The notes under the pieces were generated by a model. The model was not told where the DNA came from. It searched no databases and worked only from the letters and a program-made list of their open reading frames with translations. From Camelus ferus (Eukaryota): a stretch of 64,000 nt of DNA. Below, piece after piece: positions 13,443-26,615 of this stretch. The DNA is taken from assembly GCF_009834535.1 (NCBI RefSeq), contig NC_045696.1, forward strand, positions 56,980,001 through 57,044,000, read 5' to 3'. A program made the position numbers and the translations under genes. Each line of letters starts with the position of its first letter. Position 1 is the stretch's first letter.

Positions 13443-13505
13443 ATTTGAAACATCTACAGCTAATTTATGATTAATTTATGATTAATTTGAAACATCTACA
13501 GCTAA
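13443..13505. repeat. Perfect 21-bp direct repeat separated by a 21-bp internally duplicated filler
   Basis: atttgaaacatctacagctaa at 13443-13463 and 13485-13505; spacer contains (taatttatgat)x2. Confidence 0.95.
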
Positions 13506-15974
13506 AATAATTTAAAACCATAAAGACTTTAAAAAATAGATGTTGTATTATAAACATATGCTAATTTTAGACTTTCCAAATAATGTAAATAATTAAGGGT
13601 CATTATGTATGCAAATTTAATGATAAAATAGTAAGGCTTATTCTAAAAGTTATACATGGAAATCATCTTATTTTATTATAGTCAACCTTAGTATAGCCAC
13701 TTTCAAGTGGGAATGGCAAGTGGTTTTTGACCACAGTTAGTTTTATGTAGAAATAATCATGATTTGTTCACATATTTTTAAATGCTGGTAGCCTATTCTT
13801 CTGTTGCCTCATTAACTTATCATTTTGGGTTTCAAGAAGAAGCAATCTATTAATATCTTTTATGTTGTGATGTATACAGCTCTTTGGATTTGTGGTTGAT
13901 GGCAAGTACCATTTTCACTTTCGCATTGATATTTATGTTTCTGCACATGTAAAATGTGAAATCCCTCAAATGTGAAATTTCATGGAATTCCAAGCCATCT
14001 TTTAGTATATACACAAATATTTCTTGTCAATGTGTTAATTGGAAAAACAGTTTTTCTTTAATAAATGTTTATGCTCTGTACATGTTAAGTCCTTAATAAG
14101 ATACATTAGACTTGAGGCTGGCTCATTCTCTCTTACATATATGTGTATTCTAAGTTACATACTTGTTGGTCTCCAAAATTCCAACAGTCTATTTTCATGA
14201 AACTTGACTCTGGTCTTTACAATAAATCTACTGTTCACTATTCCCAATGTTTCAGTGTACATGTATGTTACTTGATAGGGAAGGTTGTTACTAGTTATAT
14301 TCTTACAATATTCCTTTTGTATTATATCCTAACAGGTTTTTTTTTTAATTAATGATAAATCTTCCTCGTTAGATTAAGAACTACTCCAGGGTAGAATCCT
14401 TTGTTCATTGCTCTCTTTTTCTTCATATTTGGCTTATTTTGGTGCTTTCCACAGAGTGGCTACTAAGTGACTAACGGCATTATTGAAACTTAGTACGATA
14501 AATAGTTACACACTACTATGGACTTACAGCTTGCATTTATATGAGTTATTTTGCTCATATATATTTTAATATTCTGTAGGTATATTTTAAAAACCATCCT
14601 GTAGACAATTATGTGTCTCCAAAAAAGTTACTTTTTCAGCTATTTGGGAAAGGCTTTTTCCTCTTTAATCTTAGTTATATAAAATAATTAAATAGAGCTG
14701 AACTTAATACTTGTTTTCATAATATTCTTTTAGGATATTGATAAAGATACAAGTGAACCTTGTGATTTACTTTATTTGAGATGAAATTGTAGTGGTTTTA
14801 TACAAATTTAATATTAGTACAAATAGTAATAGATTCATTATTTGTTTTCAGTTCAGTTGAATGCTGCTAAAGTCATTAAGAAGAGTTTATTATTTAAACA
14901 GATCAAAAATTTCACCACTCTTGCAGTGTTGTTTCTGTATTCATTTACTTAACAAGTCCTTTTCATAATTCAGATTAATACTACATGAACTATGGTTTAT
15001 ATGCTGTATGTATTTCCATAGTGCATACTTCATGATTTCAGGACTAATGAAGAGGTAAAAACGTATTTTTTTGAAAGACGGTAAAATTAGGAGATATTAA
15101 AGAAATAAAATAAGGCACTTTTATTTTTCATAATATGATCTTACACATGTGATTCAGAATGCATTCTACCACTTACATTAATCCAGTGTTTTATAGAGTT
15201 GTATGTGCCTCTGAAAATGACCTTGAAATATCCTTAAGAAATTACTAGTGGTCACTTTACCTCCTGACTATTTCTTGGTTTATTTATTTATAAAAGTGTG
15301 TTCCGTGGAAGTATAGTCCCATTGTGATAGATATAATTTTAAATGCCACTTCCAGTCTCCCAGAACAGTCTGTCTTTTAATTGCTTTCTAACTCTTGAGT
15401 ACATTAGAAAATGAATGGCACTTATTAATATGTGTCAAGGATATGGGACAATAATAAAATATATATTTAATTAAGAAGAGTCATTTATTTTATAGAATTT
15501 TAAACAAAATTTAACAGTACATTTTTTAAGTATGACAGATGCAGAATAACCTTAGGAGATATTTGAGATTATTTCTATTTTAAGTTCTTGAAATACTTTT
15601 CAGTCAATGTTTGTTATTTTTTTACCTTGTTTCTATTTTTACTGAAGTTTCCTAATTGTAATTGTAGGCAATTCCCATAATTACAAAATAGTTCGTGTTC
15701 TTATAATGTATATATTGGTTATTTGGAAACTGGAAGCCAGTCTTTGTGATATTTGTAGAAATGGTGATGTTTATCAAATACCTTGTAAAACAGTAGTATA
15801 AAACAAAATTGACATTAAAAAATTTTTAATGGGAAAATATATTCCAGGTTATAGCACAGAAATAGCTATTTCTGCAAGGCAGCCCTAGCTTTTTAAAAAA
15901 TGTAGCCTACTTTTTCTAGGTATGATTAAAACTTAGAATTTTAGAATTAAGTCATAAGTATACAACTAACAGTT

Positions 15975-17400
15975 TTCAAATATATTTATTAAGCACTTTG
16001 ATATGATAGATCCTGAAAACAAGTATAAACTGGGAAGACAAGGTTTCTCTCCTCTCAGGGCTTCTAGTCTGATAAAGATGAGACTAAGCGAAAAGACAAT
16101 TACAGTATATTGGAAATATAATGTGGCAATTCCATAAGAAGGATACCTAATACTAGACATGAGGTCTCAGAGAAGTATGAAGGAAGTTACATATATGAGA
16201 TCTGAAGTGTGATTTTCATTTAGATGAGTGGTGAATTAGGGGATAGGGTTTTCCAGGAAGAGAGAATGGAAGGTTTAAAGGATAGAGTGTGAGAGTTTTG
16301 TTCCATGCACAGAAATTTTAAGTAATTTAGTTGGTTGGAAAAGCTAGCGGAAAGGATGGCAAGAGATAAAGCTGAGAAGATAATCAAGGTATTTAACATG
16401 AAAGCCCTTCAAGGTCAGTTTGAGCATTCAGACTTTATCTAAGGCCAGGAGGTCCCAGATTTGAGGGTGCTAAGCAAAGAATTGACTTGACCAAATTTAA
16501 TTCAGGAAGTCTATTCTGAATGCAGGTATGGAGAAATGATTGAAAGGAGAAAAGACTATATTTTTGGTAAAAAATTACGATGGAATTAAGAGTGGAGATA
16601 AGCTGACATATTAAAGAAATACCTGGAAGATAGAAGAGGCAATACTTGGGTATTATGGGAAGTATAAGAATAATAGAGTATTACAAGTGACCCCAATGTG
16701 TTTGGCTGAGCAACTGTTTAGATAAGGTGCCATTTAGTGAAAGAATGCAGGAGATTGAGTAGGTGGGGAGTAAAATAATGAATTCAATATTAGGTATGTT
16801 GAGTTGTATGTGTTTTTAAGATACTCAAACGGAATTGGTATGGAAGAATGATAGAAAGTGGAAAATATAGATCTGAACCTAATGAAATCAGAATTTACAT
16901 GGTCCTTGAAGCTATGAGAATATATGAGATTGCACATGAAGAGTGGATATAAAAGAGGCAGCAAATTTGTAGACAGTAAACCAATTTTGACTCATAGATA
17001 TGTTTTGTTTGCCCATCAGAGTATTTAAATATGTTCTGAATTATTAGTTTCAAATATTTAAGAACTGATAGAGTAGAGATAAAATTTTAGATTTCCAGCT
17101 GTTCATGAAAAAAATCACTGATGAAACAATCCCAGTCCACTATTCATTCATGGCAGTCAGTAATCAACTGGAACTGACTAACAACTTTCCTTTTGTAGGT
17201 GTGTAATGTACTATCCAGTTTGGCACAGTTCTTACTCACCTATTGGAATTATTTGTTATACCTGCCTAGCTCTTGTGGGCTCTTGAATTCATGACCATAT
17301 ATAATAATCTAGATTGCAGTCTAGAACAGAATACAAAAGAATACCAGTATTAAGATATAGGAAGAGAAAGTCCACAAAGAAAACTATCAAGAAGCCATTG
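15975..17400 (-). mobile_element. L2 LINE fragment, interrupted by MER102-like element
   Basis: aaatatatttattaagcact start and purine-rich body typical of reverse-complement L2 3' region. Confidence 0.7.
16954..17298. mobile_element. MER102-like hAT-Charlie DNA transposon
   Basis: gatatgttttgtttgccc, gatttccagct, caactggaactgactaac and tccagtttggcacagt match the recalled MER102 consensus in order. Confidence 0.65.
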
Positions 17401-17880
17401 TAGTGACTGGGAAGAAGATAAATATATAGGGATATTAGAAGAATTATTGGACATTGTTTAGATGAATATTGTATGAATTTAAGTTCATTGATAATTCTAT
17501 TTTAAGTAATTTTTATGGGATTTACAGAATCCATAGTCCCCAGTTGCTTTTTTATTTTTAAGTCAATTCCTAATGGCCATAAGTTTTGCAAGGAATGCTT
17601 GGTAGTTTTTGGAAGTTTAATGTTAGGGGAAAAGTCAGAAAAAATACATCACACTGTTAATGGACATATCCAGGCAGTGAAATAATATGAGAGATTTTTT
17701 TCCTCTTAACTTTTGTTATCTTCTAAGTTTCGGAGTTTTTTTATTTTTACAATGAAAATATTTCTATAGTCTGAAAAAGTTATTACAAATAACTGAAGTT
17801 TAATTCTAGATTATTTTCTGAGCTTGAGTGTTTTATGGAGTCTGATAAGCTAAATGGAAGAGTCTTGCATATAGTCTAAC

Positions 17881-18135
17881 TAGTGTTTCTCAAAGTACAT
17901 TTCAGTGATTCCCCTAATATGGCCAATGAAAAAGGATTCTATAGACTAATAATTTTGGAAAATATTGAGGATTTGCAATGATGATTTGCATATTATGACT
18001 CTAAGAAGTTCTGTAAAAGAAAAAATGTTTAACTGTTTAATTCAGGGTTTTCTAAACTTTTTTGATATTGAACACCCTTTATATGAAACACCTTATGTAT
18101 TCACTAGTTTATCATGGAGTACACTTTGATATTTG
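17881..18135. mobile_element. MER112-like hAT-Charlie MITE
   Basis: agtgtttctcaaagt terminus, internal ctctaagaagttctgt...tgtttaactgtttaa, and partly palindromic halves ending acactttg. Confidence 0.6.
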
Positions 18136-18414
18136 TTCTTCCAGTCAAATCCAAGAGACAGTTAAGGATTTATGGTTTGTTGTACATCATTAGTTACAAA
18201 GAGATAATTGAAGGACATTCACCGTTTTTTATCAGAGGCATTTATAATGTAATAATGCACTGCATTTATATGTGAATGATACATTGTATATAAACATGGA
18301 AGAACTGCAAAAAAACTGTAAAATTTTAAAAAGCCTTGTTTACTTTTTCTTCTTGCACATGTCCTAGATTGCGAATAGTAACTTAATTTCTAATTATTCT
18401 GATGATTTACAAGT

Positions 18415-18560
18415 CATAATACATACTATTTATTGAGTACTATGTTTTGGCATTATGTTAGATGTTATAGGTATATTCTAATTCTCACACTTATTCAATG
18501 GGTTCTGTACTACTATCTCCATTTTTAAGTGAGAAAATTTAGGATAAATTCAGTGAAAAA
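18415..18560 (-). mobile_element. MIR fragment
   Basis: atttattgagtactatg ... tactatctccatttttaagtgagaaaatttagg. Confidence 0.6.
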
Positions 18561-19471
18561 TATCTAATAAATCTATATTTATTTCTCTGAATTACTCTGC
18601 GTAGTCAGTATCTGGGGAACCTGGAGTTACTTAATTGTCACTTTTGTCTGATTCCAAAGAGTTTCTATAATTAAATCTTATTGCTTTATGCAGGATCTTT
18701 GATGGTTTTCATGCGTGCTTAAGAAATAAATTATAACTATGTCAATATACTTATGGTTAATCTGGCACAATTAAGTCATTGAAAGGTTGTGGAAAAATAA
18801 TCAATAATAAATCTATGTCATATCATATTTAACCATGACATAATGATATTCAACAGTGATACTAGTTAAGGTAGGAAATATAAAAGAAACATGCCAGATA
18901 TTAGAATAGAATAAATTTAAAGTTAGATAATTGAGATGTAACCAGTGAACTAGATTTTCCCAGTTGCTCTGTTTTCTGTAAGATGGCTATCGCTAGAGTC
19001 TCTTTGTAAATCAAAGGAGCCACTGTACTTCCCTTTTGACAGAGATTTCTTGTCAAAGCAAATTTTAAATTAGGGATATACTTTGCAGTTTGGTTGAAAC
19101 AGGTTTGTAGCATCAGCCTTGTGGCTGTATAAGTTTTTTTATTTGTATGAGTAAAATTTTATTCTCAAATTTTCAGAGAACCAGATCTGGCAAAAAACAT
19201 AAGTGTATAAGATAATGAAGAATCTCATTGTTATGTGGATCTATGTTATTAAACCTGATTCTTTTTTTTTTTTTAAACAGACCTACTATTAAGAGTTAGT
19301 AGGAGAAACAAAAGTAGTCTTGAAGGAAAACAACTAAAACCTTAAATCAATTTAAGCTAAACTCCAGAATATTGGGAGTGTATTCCATTATAATCTTAAT
19401 TTCTTTGTTCCAGTCTTGTAATGGTAAGTTGTTTAATGTTTTTTAATTACTGTTTTGAATTGATTTAACAG

Positions 19472-19535
19472 ATCCACAAAGACTCATCCAGGTCCAGTTG
19501 TACATTTAAGTGATAGCCCAAGAGATGAAGGGAAA
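19472..19535 (+). CDS. STXBP5L: STXBP5L internal coding exon, 64 bp
   Basis: tttaacag|ATCC ... GGAAA|gtgagt. CT+A completes Leu, then STKTHPGPVVHLSDSPRDEGK; ends in phase 0. Confidence 0.97.
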
Positions 19536-20309
19536 GTGAGTATTACAATACCATTATTCTTGAATTTATTTTCTTTATTCTTGAATAAAGGTGTTTCTTA
19601 CTGTTATTTTATACCTAACATCTAGCACAGTTCATAATATTCAGTATAATCTAAAAGTAAAAACGTTGAATGAATGAGCAAATAAATGAATGAGTGAATT
19701 ATTTACACTAGTAATGGTCTCAGATTAAGTCATTAGTTTGACCTAAAGCTAAAGTAAATTTTCAATTCTAGAATTTTGAGGAAAGCATGTAACATATAGA
19801 ACAACTTTAGTTTTAAAATATTCTATGCTTAAACTTAACAATATGATTATCAATATCTTTAGTCATTGACCCCTGCTATTCAGTAATGGTAATGATAAAT
19901 AACAAATATTAAATAATCATAAATTAGCCAATCTTCATTTGATAATTAGGTAATAATGTAGAAAATGTTCACAGAATATAGAAATAATCCTTATTAATTT
20001 TGATTATTTATAATTTTCCTTTAATGATGAGGAAACAAAGTTGATAACATGAAAAGATCTAAAGTGTCACCTTCATTATAAATATTGTCTCTTCAAGCAT
20101 GTAATTTTTGCTGAGTACTATATAAAATACCTGAATAAATTACTTAGTACAGATTTGGTTCTTTATTTTTAAATGATACAAACTGAATTAGCCTAATAAA
20201 TATTGAACCTGAAAGACAAGTCCCCCCTATGTTAAGAAAAAGAACACTGAATTTCTTTAAATTGATCCATAAATATAGTGTGATTCCAATCAGGTGTCAT
20301 TAGAATTTA

Positions 20310-23300
20310 CTTTTTCTTTAGTTAAAGAATAGTTGATGTACATTGTTATATTAGTTTCAGGTGTGCAGTATAGTGATTCAGTATTTTTACAGATTGATTA
20401 TACTCCACTGAAAGTTATTAAAAGATAATGGCTATAATTCTCTGTGCTATACAATATATTCTTGTTGCTTATCCATTTTGTACATAGTAGTTTGTATTCC
20501 TTAATCCCATGCCCCTAACTTGTCCCTCACTCTTCTCTCTTCCCTCTGGTAATCACTAGTTTATTTTCTGTATCTGTGAGTCTGTTTCTGTCTTGCTATA
20601 TATATTCATTTGTATTATTTTTTAGATTCTACATATAAATGACATCATATAGTATTTGTCTTTATCTGAATAATTTGTCTAAGTGTAATATTCTCTAGGT
20701 TCATACACATTGCTGCAAATGGCAGAATTTTATTCCTTTTTATGGCTGAATAATATTCCATTATATTCCATTATATCTATCTACCTACCTACCTACCTAC
20801 CTATCTATCTGTCTCACATCTTTTTTATCTCTTTATCTGTTTGTGGGCATAGGGGTTGCTTCCGTATCTTGGCTATTGTAAATAGTGCTGCTATGAACAT
20901 TGGGGTATATATGTCTTTTTGAATTATATTTTTCTCTAGATATATGCCCAGGAGGGGGATTGCTGGATTGTATAGCAAGTCTATTTTTAGTTTTTTGAGG
21001 AATCCTCATACCATCCTCCATAGTGCCTGCCCAATTTACATTTCTACCAACAGTGTAGGAGGATTCCTTTTTATCCACACCCTGTCCAGCATTTATCATT
21101 TGTGGACTTTTTAATTTTGGCCATTCTGACTGGTGTGAAGTGCTATCTCATTGTAGTTTTTTGATGGCCATTCTGATGGGTGTGAGGTGATACCTCATTG
21201 TAGTTTTGATTTGCATTTCTCTAACAATTGGTGATGTTGAGCATTTTTTCATGTGCTTGTTGGCCATCTGGATGTCTTCTTTGGAGAAATGTCTATTTAG
21301 GTCTTCCTAATCCATTTTTGGATTGGGTTGCTTGTTTTCTTGATATTAATCTGTATGAGCTGTTTGTATATTTTGGAAATTAGTCCCTTGTTGGTCGCAT
21401 CATTTGCAAATATTTTCTCTCACTCTGTAGGTTGTCTTTTTGTTTTGTTGAAGGTATCCTTAGCTGTGCAAGAGCTTTTAAGTTTAATTAGATCCCATTT
21501 GTTTCTGTGAAAAAATGTTTCTGTGATTTATGTCAAAGAACGTTCTGCCTATGTTTTCCTCTAGGAGTTTTATAGTATCTGGTCTTATTACATTTAAGTC
21601 TTTAATCCATTTTGAGTTTATTTTTGTATATGGTGTTAGAGAATGTTCTAATTTCAGTCTTTTACCGGTAGCTGTCCAATTTCCCTCAGCACCACTTATG
21701 GAAGAGATTGTCTTTTTTCCATTGTGTATTCTTGCCTCCTTTGTCATAGATTAATTGACCATAAATGTGTGGGTTTCTTTCTAGACTTTCTATCCTGTTC
21801 CATTGATCTCTGTGTCTGGTTTTTTGCCACTACCACACTGTTTTGATTACTGTAGCTTTGTAGTATAGTCTGAAGTCAGGATCATGATTCCCCCAGCTCT
21901 GTTCTCCTTTTTCAAAACTATTTTGGCTATTTGGGGTCTTTTGTGTTTCCATACAAATTTTAACATTTTTTTTGTTCCAGCTCTGTGAAAAATGTCATTG
22001 GTAATTCGATAGGGATTGCACTGAATCTGCATATTGCCTTGGGTAGTATGGCCATTTTAACAACATTGATTCTTCAAATCCAAGAGCATGGTATAGCTTT
22101 CCATCTGCTTATGTCGTCTTCAATTTCTTTCATCAGTGTCTTACAGTTTTTGGAGTATAGATCCTTTGCTTCCTTGGGTAAATTTATTCCTAGGTATTTT
22201 ATTCTTTTTGATGTGATGGTAAATGAAATTATTTCCTTAATTTCTTTTTCTGCTATTTCATTGTTAGTGTATAGATATGCAGCTGATTTCTATACATTAA
22301 TTTTGTATCCTGCAACTTTACCAAATTCATTGATGAGCTCTAGTAGTTTTCTGGTTGCTTATTTAGGGTTTTCTATGTATAATATCCTGTCATCAGTGAA
22401 CAATGACAGTTTTACTTCTTTTCCAATTTGGATTCCCTTTACTTCTTTTTCTTCTCTGATTGCTGTGGCTAGGACTTCTAAAACTATGTTGTATAAATGT
22501 GGTGAGAGTGGGCATACTTGTCTTGTTCCTGATCTTAGAGGAAATGCTTTTAGATTTTCACCATTAAATATGATGTTAGCTGTGGGTTTGTCATATATGG
22601 CCTTTATTATGTTGAGATATGTTCCATCTATGCCCATTTTCTGGAGAGTTTTCATCATAAATGGGTGTTGAATTTTATCACAAGTTTTTTTTTTCCTGCA
22701 TTTATTGAGATGATCATATGGTTTTTATTCTTCAGTTTGTTAATGTGGTGTATCACATTGATTTGCAGGTATTGAAAAATCCTTGCATCCCTGGGATAAG
22801 TCCCACTTGATCATGGCTTATGATCCTTTTAATGCATTGTTGGATTCAGTTTGCTAGTTTTTTGTTGAGGATTTTTGCATTTATATTCATAAGTGATACT
22901 GGCCTGTAATTTTCTTTTTTTGTGATGTCTTTGTCTGGTTTTGGTATCAGGGTGTTGGTGACCTCATAGAATGAGTTCGAAAGTATTCCTTCCTCCGCAA
23001 TTTTTTGGAATAGCTTCAGAAGGATAGATGTTAACTCTTCTCTAAATGTTTGGTAGAATTCGCCTGTGATGCCATCTGGTCCTGGACTTCTGTTTGTTGG
23101 GAGTTTTAAACTTAATGATTCAATTTCAGATCTGTTCATATTTTCTATTTCTTTCTGACTCATTCTTGGCAATTTGTACCTTTCTAAGTAATTTTCCATT
23201 TCTTCTAGGTTGTCTTTTTGTTGGCATTATTTGCTTATAGTAACCTCTTATGATCCCTTGTATTTCTGTGGTGTCAGTTGTGACTTCTACTTTTTCACTT

Positions 23301-26300
23301 CTGATTTTATTAATTTGGGCCCTTTCTCTTTTTTTCTTGATGAGTCTGACTAAGGCTTATCAATTTTGTTTATCTTTTCAAAGAACCAGCTTTTAGTTTC
23401 ATTGATCTTTTGTTTTTTCAGTATCTGTTTCATTTATTTTTGCTCTGGTCTTTATGATTTCTTTTCTTCCACTAACTTTGGGTTTTGTTTGTTCTTTCTC
23501 TAGCTGCTTTAGGTGTAAGTTTAGGTTGTTTGAGATTTTTCTTATTTCCTGAGGTAGGCTTGTATTGTTATAAACTTTCCTCTTAGAACTGCTTTTGCTG
23601 CATCCCAGAGGTTTTAGATCATTGTGTGTGTGTGTTTTTTTAAAATTTTTCTCAATGTATTTTTGATTTTCTCTTATTTCTTCAGTGATCTGTTGGTTGT
23701 TTAGTAGCATTTTGTTTAGCCTCCACATGTTTGCAGTTTTTGCATTTTTTTTCTTTTAGTTGATTTCTAACCTCATATCATTGTGGTCAGAAAATATTCT
23801 TGGTACAATTTCAATTTTCTTAAATTTACTGAGGCTTGCTTTGTGGGCCAGCATGTGGTCGATTCTTGAGAATGTTCCATGTGCACTTGAGAAGAATGTG
23901 TATTCTGTTGCTGTTGGATGTAATGCTCTATAGAAATCAATTAAGTCCATCTGGTCTAATGTGTCATTTAGGGCCTGTATTTCCTTTTTGGTTTTCTGTC
24001 TGGATGATCAGTCCATTGATGTAAGTGGGCTGTTAAGGTCCCCCACTATTATTGTGTTATTGTCAATTTCTCCTTTTATGTCTACTAACAGTTGCCTTAT
24101 ATACTGAAGTGCTCCTATGTTGGGTACATATATATTTACAATTGTTATGTCTTCTTCTTGGATTGATCCCATGAGCATTATGTAGTATCCTTTGTCCTTT
24201 GTAACAGTCTTTATTTTAAAATATATTTTGTCTGATGGAAGTATTGCTACTCCAGCTTTCTTTTGGTTTCCATTTGCATGGATTTTTTTTTTCCATCCCT
24301 TCACTGTCAGCCTGCATGTCTCTAAATCTGAAGTGGGTCTCTTGTAGACAGCATATATATGGTTCTGTTTTTGTATCCATTCAGCCAGTCTGTGTCTTTT
24401 GGTTGGAGCATTTAATCTATTTACCTTAAAGATAATTATCAATTCATATGTCCTTATTGCCATTTTGTTAATTGTTTTGGGTTTATTTTGTAGGGTTTTT
24501 TTCTTCCCTCTTTCTTCTTTTTGTTCTCTTTTCTTGTGGTTTGATGACTATAGAAATTCCTTTAACATTTTTGTAAAGCTGGTTTGGTGGTGCTGAATTG
24601 TTTTAGTTTTTGTTTATCTGTGATGGTTTTCATTTCTCCATCAAATCTGAACAAGAGTCTTGTTGGATAGAGTATTCTTCGTTGTAAATTTTCCCTTTCA
24701 TCACTTTAAATATACCATGCCAGTCCCTTCTGGCCTGTAGAGTTTCTGCTGGAAAATCAGCTAATAACCTTATGGGAGTTCCCTTGTATGTTATTTGTTT
24801 CCTTTCTCTTGCTGATTTTAATAATTTCTCCTTATTCTTAATTTTTGTCAATTTGATTACTATGTGCCTTGGTGTATTCCTCTTTGGGTTGATCCTGTGT
24901 GGAACTCTCTGCACTTTCTGGACTTGGGTGACTGTTTCCTCTCCCAAGTTAGGGAAATTTTTGTCTGTTTTCTCTTAAAATATTTTCTCAGTTCCTTTCT
25001 CTCTCTCTTCTCTTTCTGGGACCCCTATACTGCAAATATCAGTGTGCTTCGTATTGTCCTAGAGTTCTCTTAAACTATCCTCATTTCTTTTCATTCTTTT
25101 TTCTTTTTTCTGTTCCTTGTAGTGATTTTCACTAATTTATCTTCTAGCTCACTGATCCGTTCTTCTGCCTCATTTAGTCTATTCTTGGTTCCTTCTTGTC
25201 TGTTATTCATATCAATAATTGTATTCTTCAACTCTGGTCATTCTTCATATTTTCTAATTCTTGGCTAAAAATTTCCCTCTTTGTATCTATACTCCTCCTG
25301 TGTTCTCTGAACATCTTCACCATCATTGCTCTAAACTGTTTCTTGGATAGATTGCCTATCTCCTCATCACTTATTTCTTCTTCTGCGATTTTAACTTGTG
25401 CCTTGGCCTGGAAGATATTCCTCTGCCACCTCACATTGTCTAACTTTCTGTTTGTATTTTTAGGTAGGTTACTTATGCTTCTCACCTTTGGAGAAGTGGA
25501 CCTCTACTGGACACATCCTATGTGTCCTAGCAGTACACTCCTCTCTTGGCATCCAAGGCCAAGATCCAGCCAGTCCCTGGGTGGAGTCTGGCCTACTGGT
25601 GGATTCCTTCCACAAACCTTATTGGGGTTGGTGTTTTCTTATTTCTGGTATCTGCCCCTATGTGGCTGAGGCTGGACCAGAGGCTTATGCAGATTTCCTG
25701 GCAGGAGGAGTACCTGCCCACTGCTGGGTGGTGCTTGGTCCTGGTCCTTTGGTGCGTAAGGCTATGGCTAGGGGCATGATTAGAGGAGGCTGTGGACTCT
25801 GGAAGTCTGTTGATGGGTGGGGCTTTGTTCCCACCCTGTATGTTGTGTGGCCTGAGGCTTCCCAGCACTTAAGTCTACAAGGTGTTGGGTGGGGCTAGGT
25901 CTTGGTACTAAGGATCCAAGCAAGATATCAGCTTCCAGGAAGATATTCATGTAGATGAATACTCCCTGAATGTCCACCACCAGCTTTTATGTCCCCAGGG
26001 TGAGCCACAGCTACCTCCTACCTCCCCAGGAGACCTTCCAAAACCAGCAGGCAGGTCTGGCCTAGTTTCCTATGAAGTCACTACCTCTGCCCTTGGACCT
26101 GGTGAGTGCAAAATTCTGTGTGTGCTTCCCGAGAGTGAAGTTTCTGCTTCCACCAGTCCTGTGGGACTCCTGGAGTTAAGCCCTCCTTGCCTTCAGAATC
26201 AGATATTCTGGAGACTTTTCCTAGTGCTGGAACCCTGGTCTGGGAAACCTGATGTGGGGCTCAAAACTCTCACTCCTGTGGAAGGGCCTCTGCAACTTAA

Positions 26301-26540
26301 TTATTCTTCAGCTTATGAATTGCCCACCTAGGGGATTTGGGGCCCAAATATATTGTGAGCACAGCCATCCTACCATCCTGCTGAAGTTCCCTCTTTATGT
26401 TTCCAGTTGAAAAGGATCTTTTTTATTAGATGCCAGTCTTTTAATTTTTGACGGTTGTTTAGTAATCATTTGTGGTTTTGTTGTAGTCTTGAGGAGAAAT
26501 AAGCTCATGGTCCTCCTACTCCACCATCTTGACCAGAACT
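20310..26540 (-). mobile_element. Near-full-length L1 ('L1-A'), dead: 5'UTR about 25430-26540, ORF1 about 24560-25430, ORF2 start 24463
   Basis: Collinear minus-strand frames for ORF1 (VQRVPHRINPKRNTPRHIVIKL), endonuclease (NVNRLNAP-like; TIIVGDLNSPL; TFSRIDHML), RT ([26 protein letters not shown]) and C-terminus. Many stops and frameshifts; 5' end at ccatcttg. Confidence 0.97.
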
Positions 26541-26570
26541 TTCATTCCTTTTTTACGGCTGAGAAATATT

Positions 26571-26572
<2 letters not shown>

Positions 26573-26612
<40 letters not shown>
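26573..26612. repeat. (TG)20 microsatellite
   Basis: Perfect TG run inside the L1-B 3' region. Confidence 0.98.

Positions 26613-26615
<3 letters not shown>

Noticed and set aside
21985..22671. 228-aa plus-strand ORF, the longest in the track
   Set aside because: It is the antisense shadow of L1 ORF2 RT sequence; such stop-poor antisense frames are a common L1 artefact, and it has a non-ATG start.
25196..25980. Cluster of overlapping ORFs in the GC-rich L1-A 5' region (ORF0-like?)
   Set aside because: The long frames are not maintained in the homologous UTRs at 8178-8900 and 47040-47900; expected by chance in GC-rich sequence.
20310..26540. Potentially active full-length L1
   Set aside because: ORF1 and ORF2 are fragmented by many stops and frameshifts, the RT motif reads FTDD, and the promoter is CpG-depleted.
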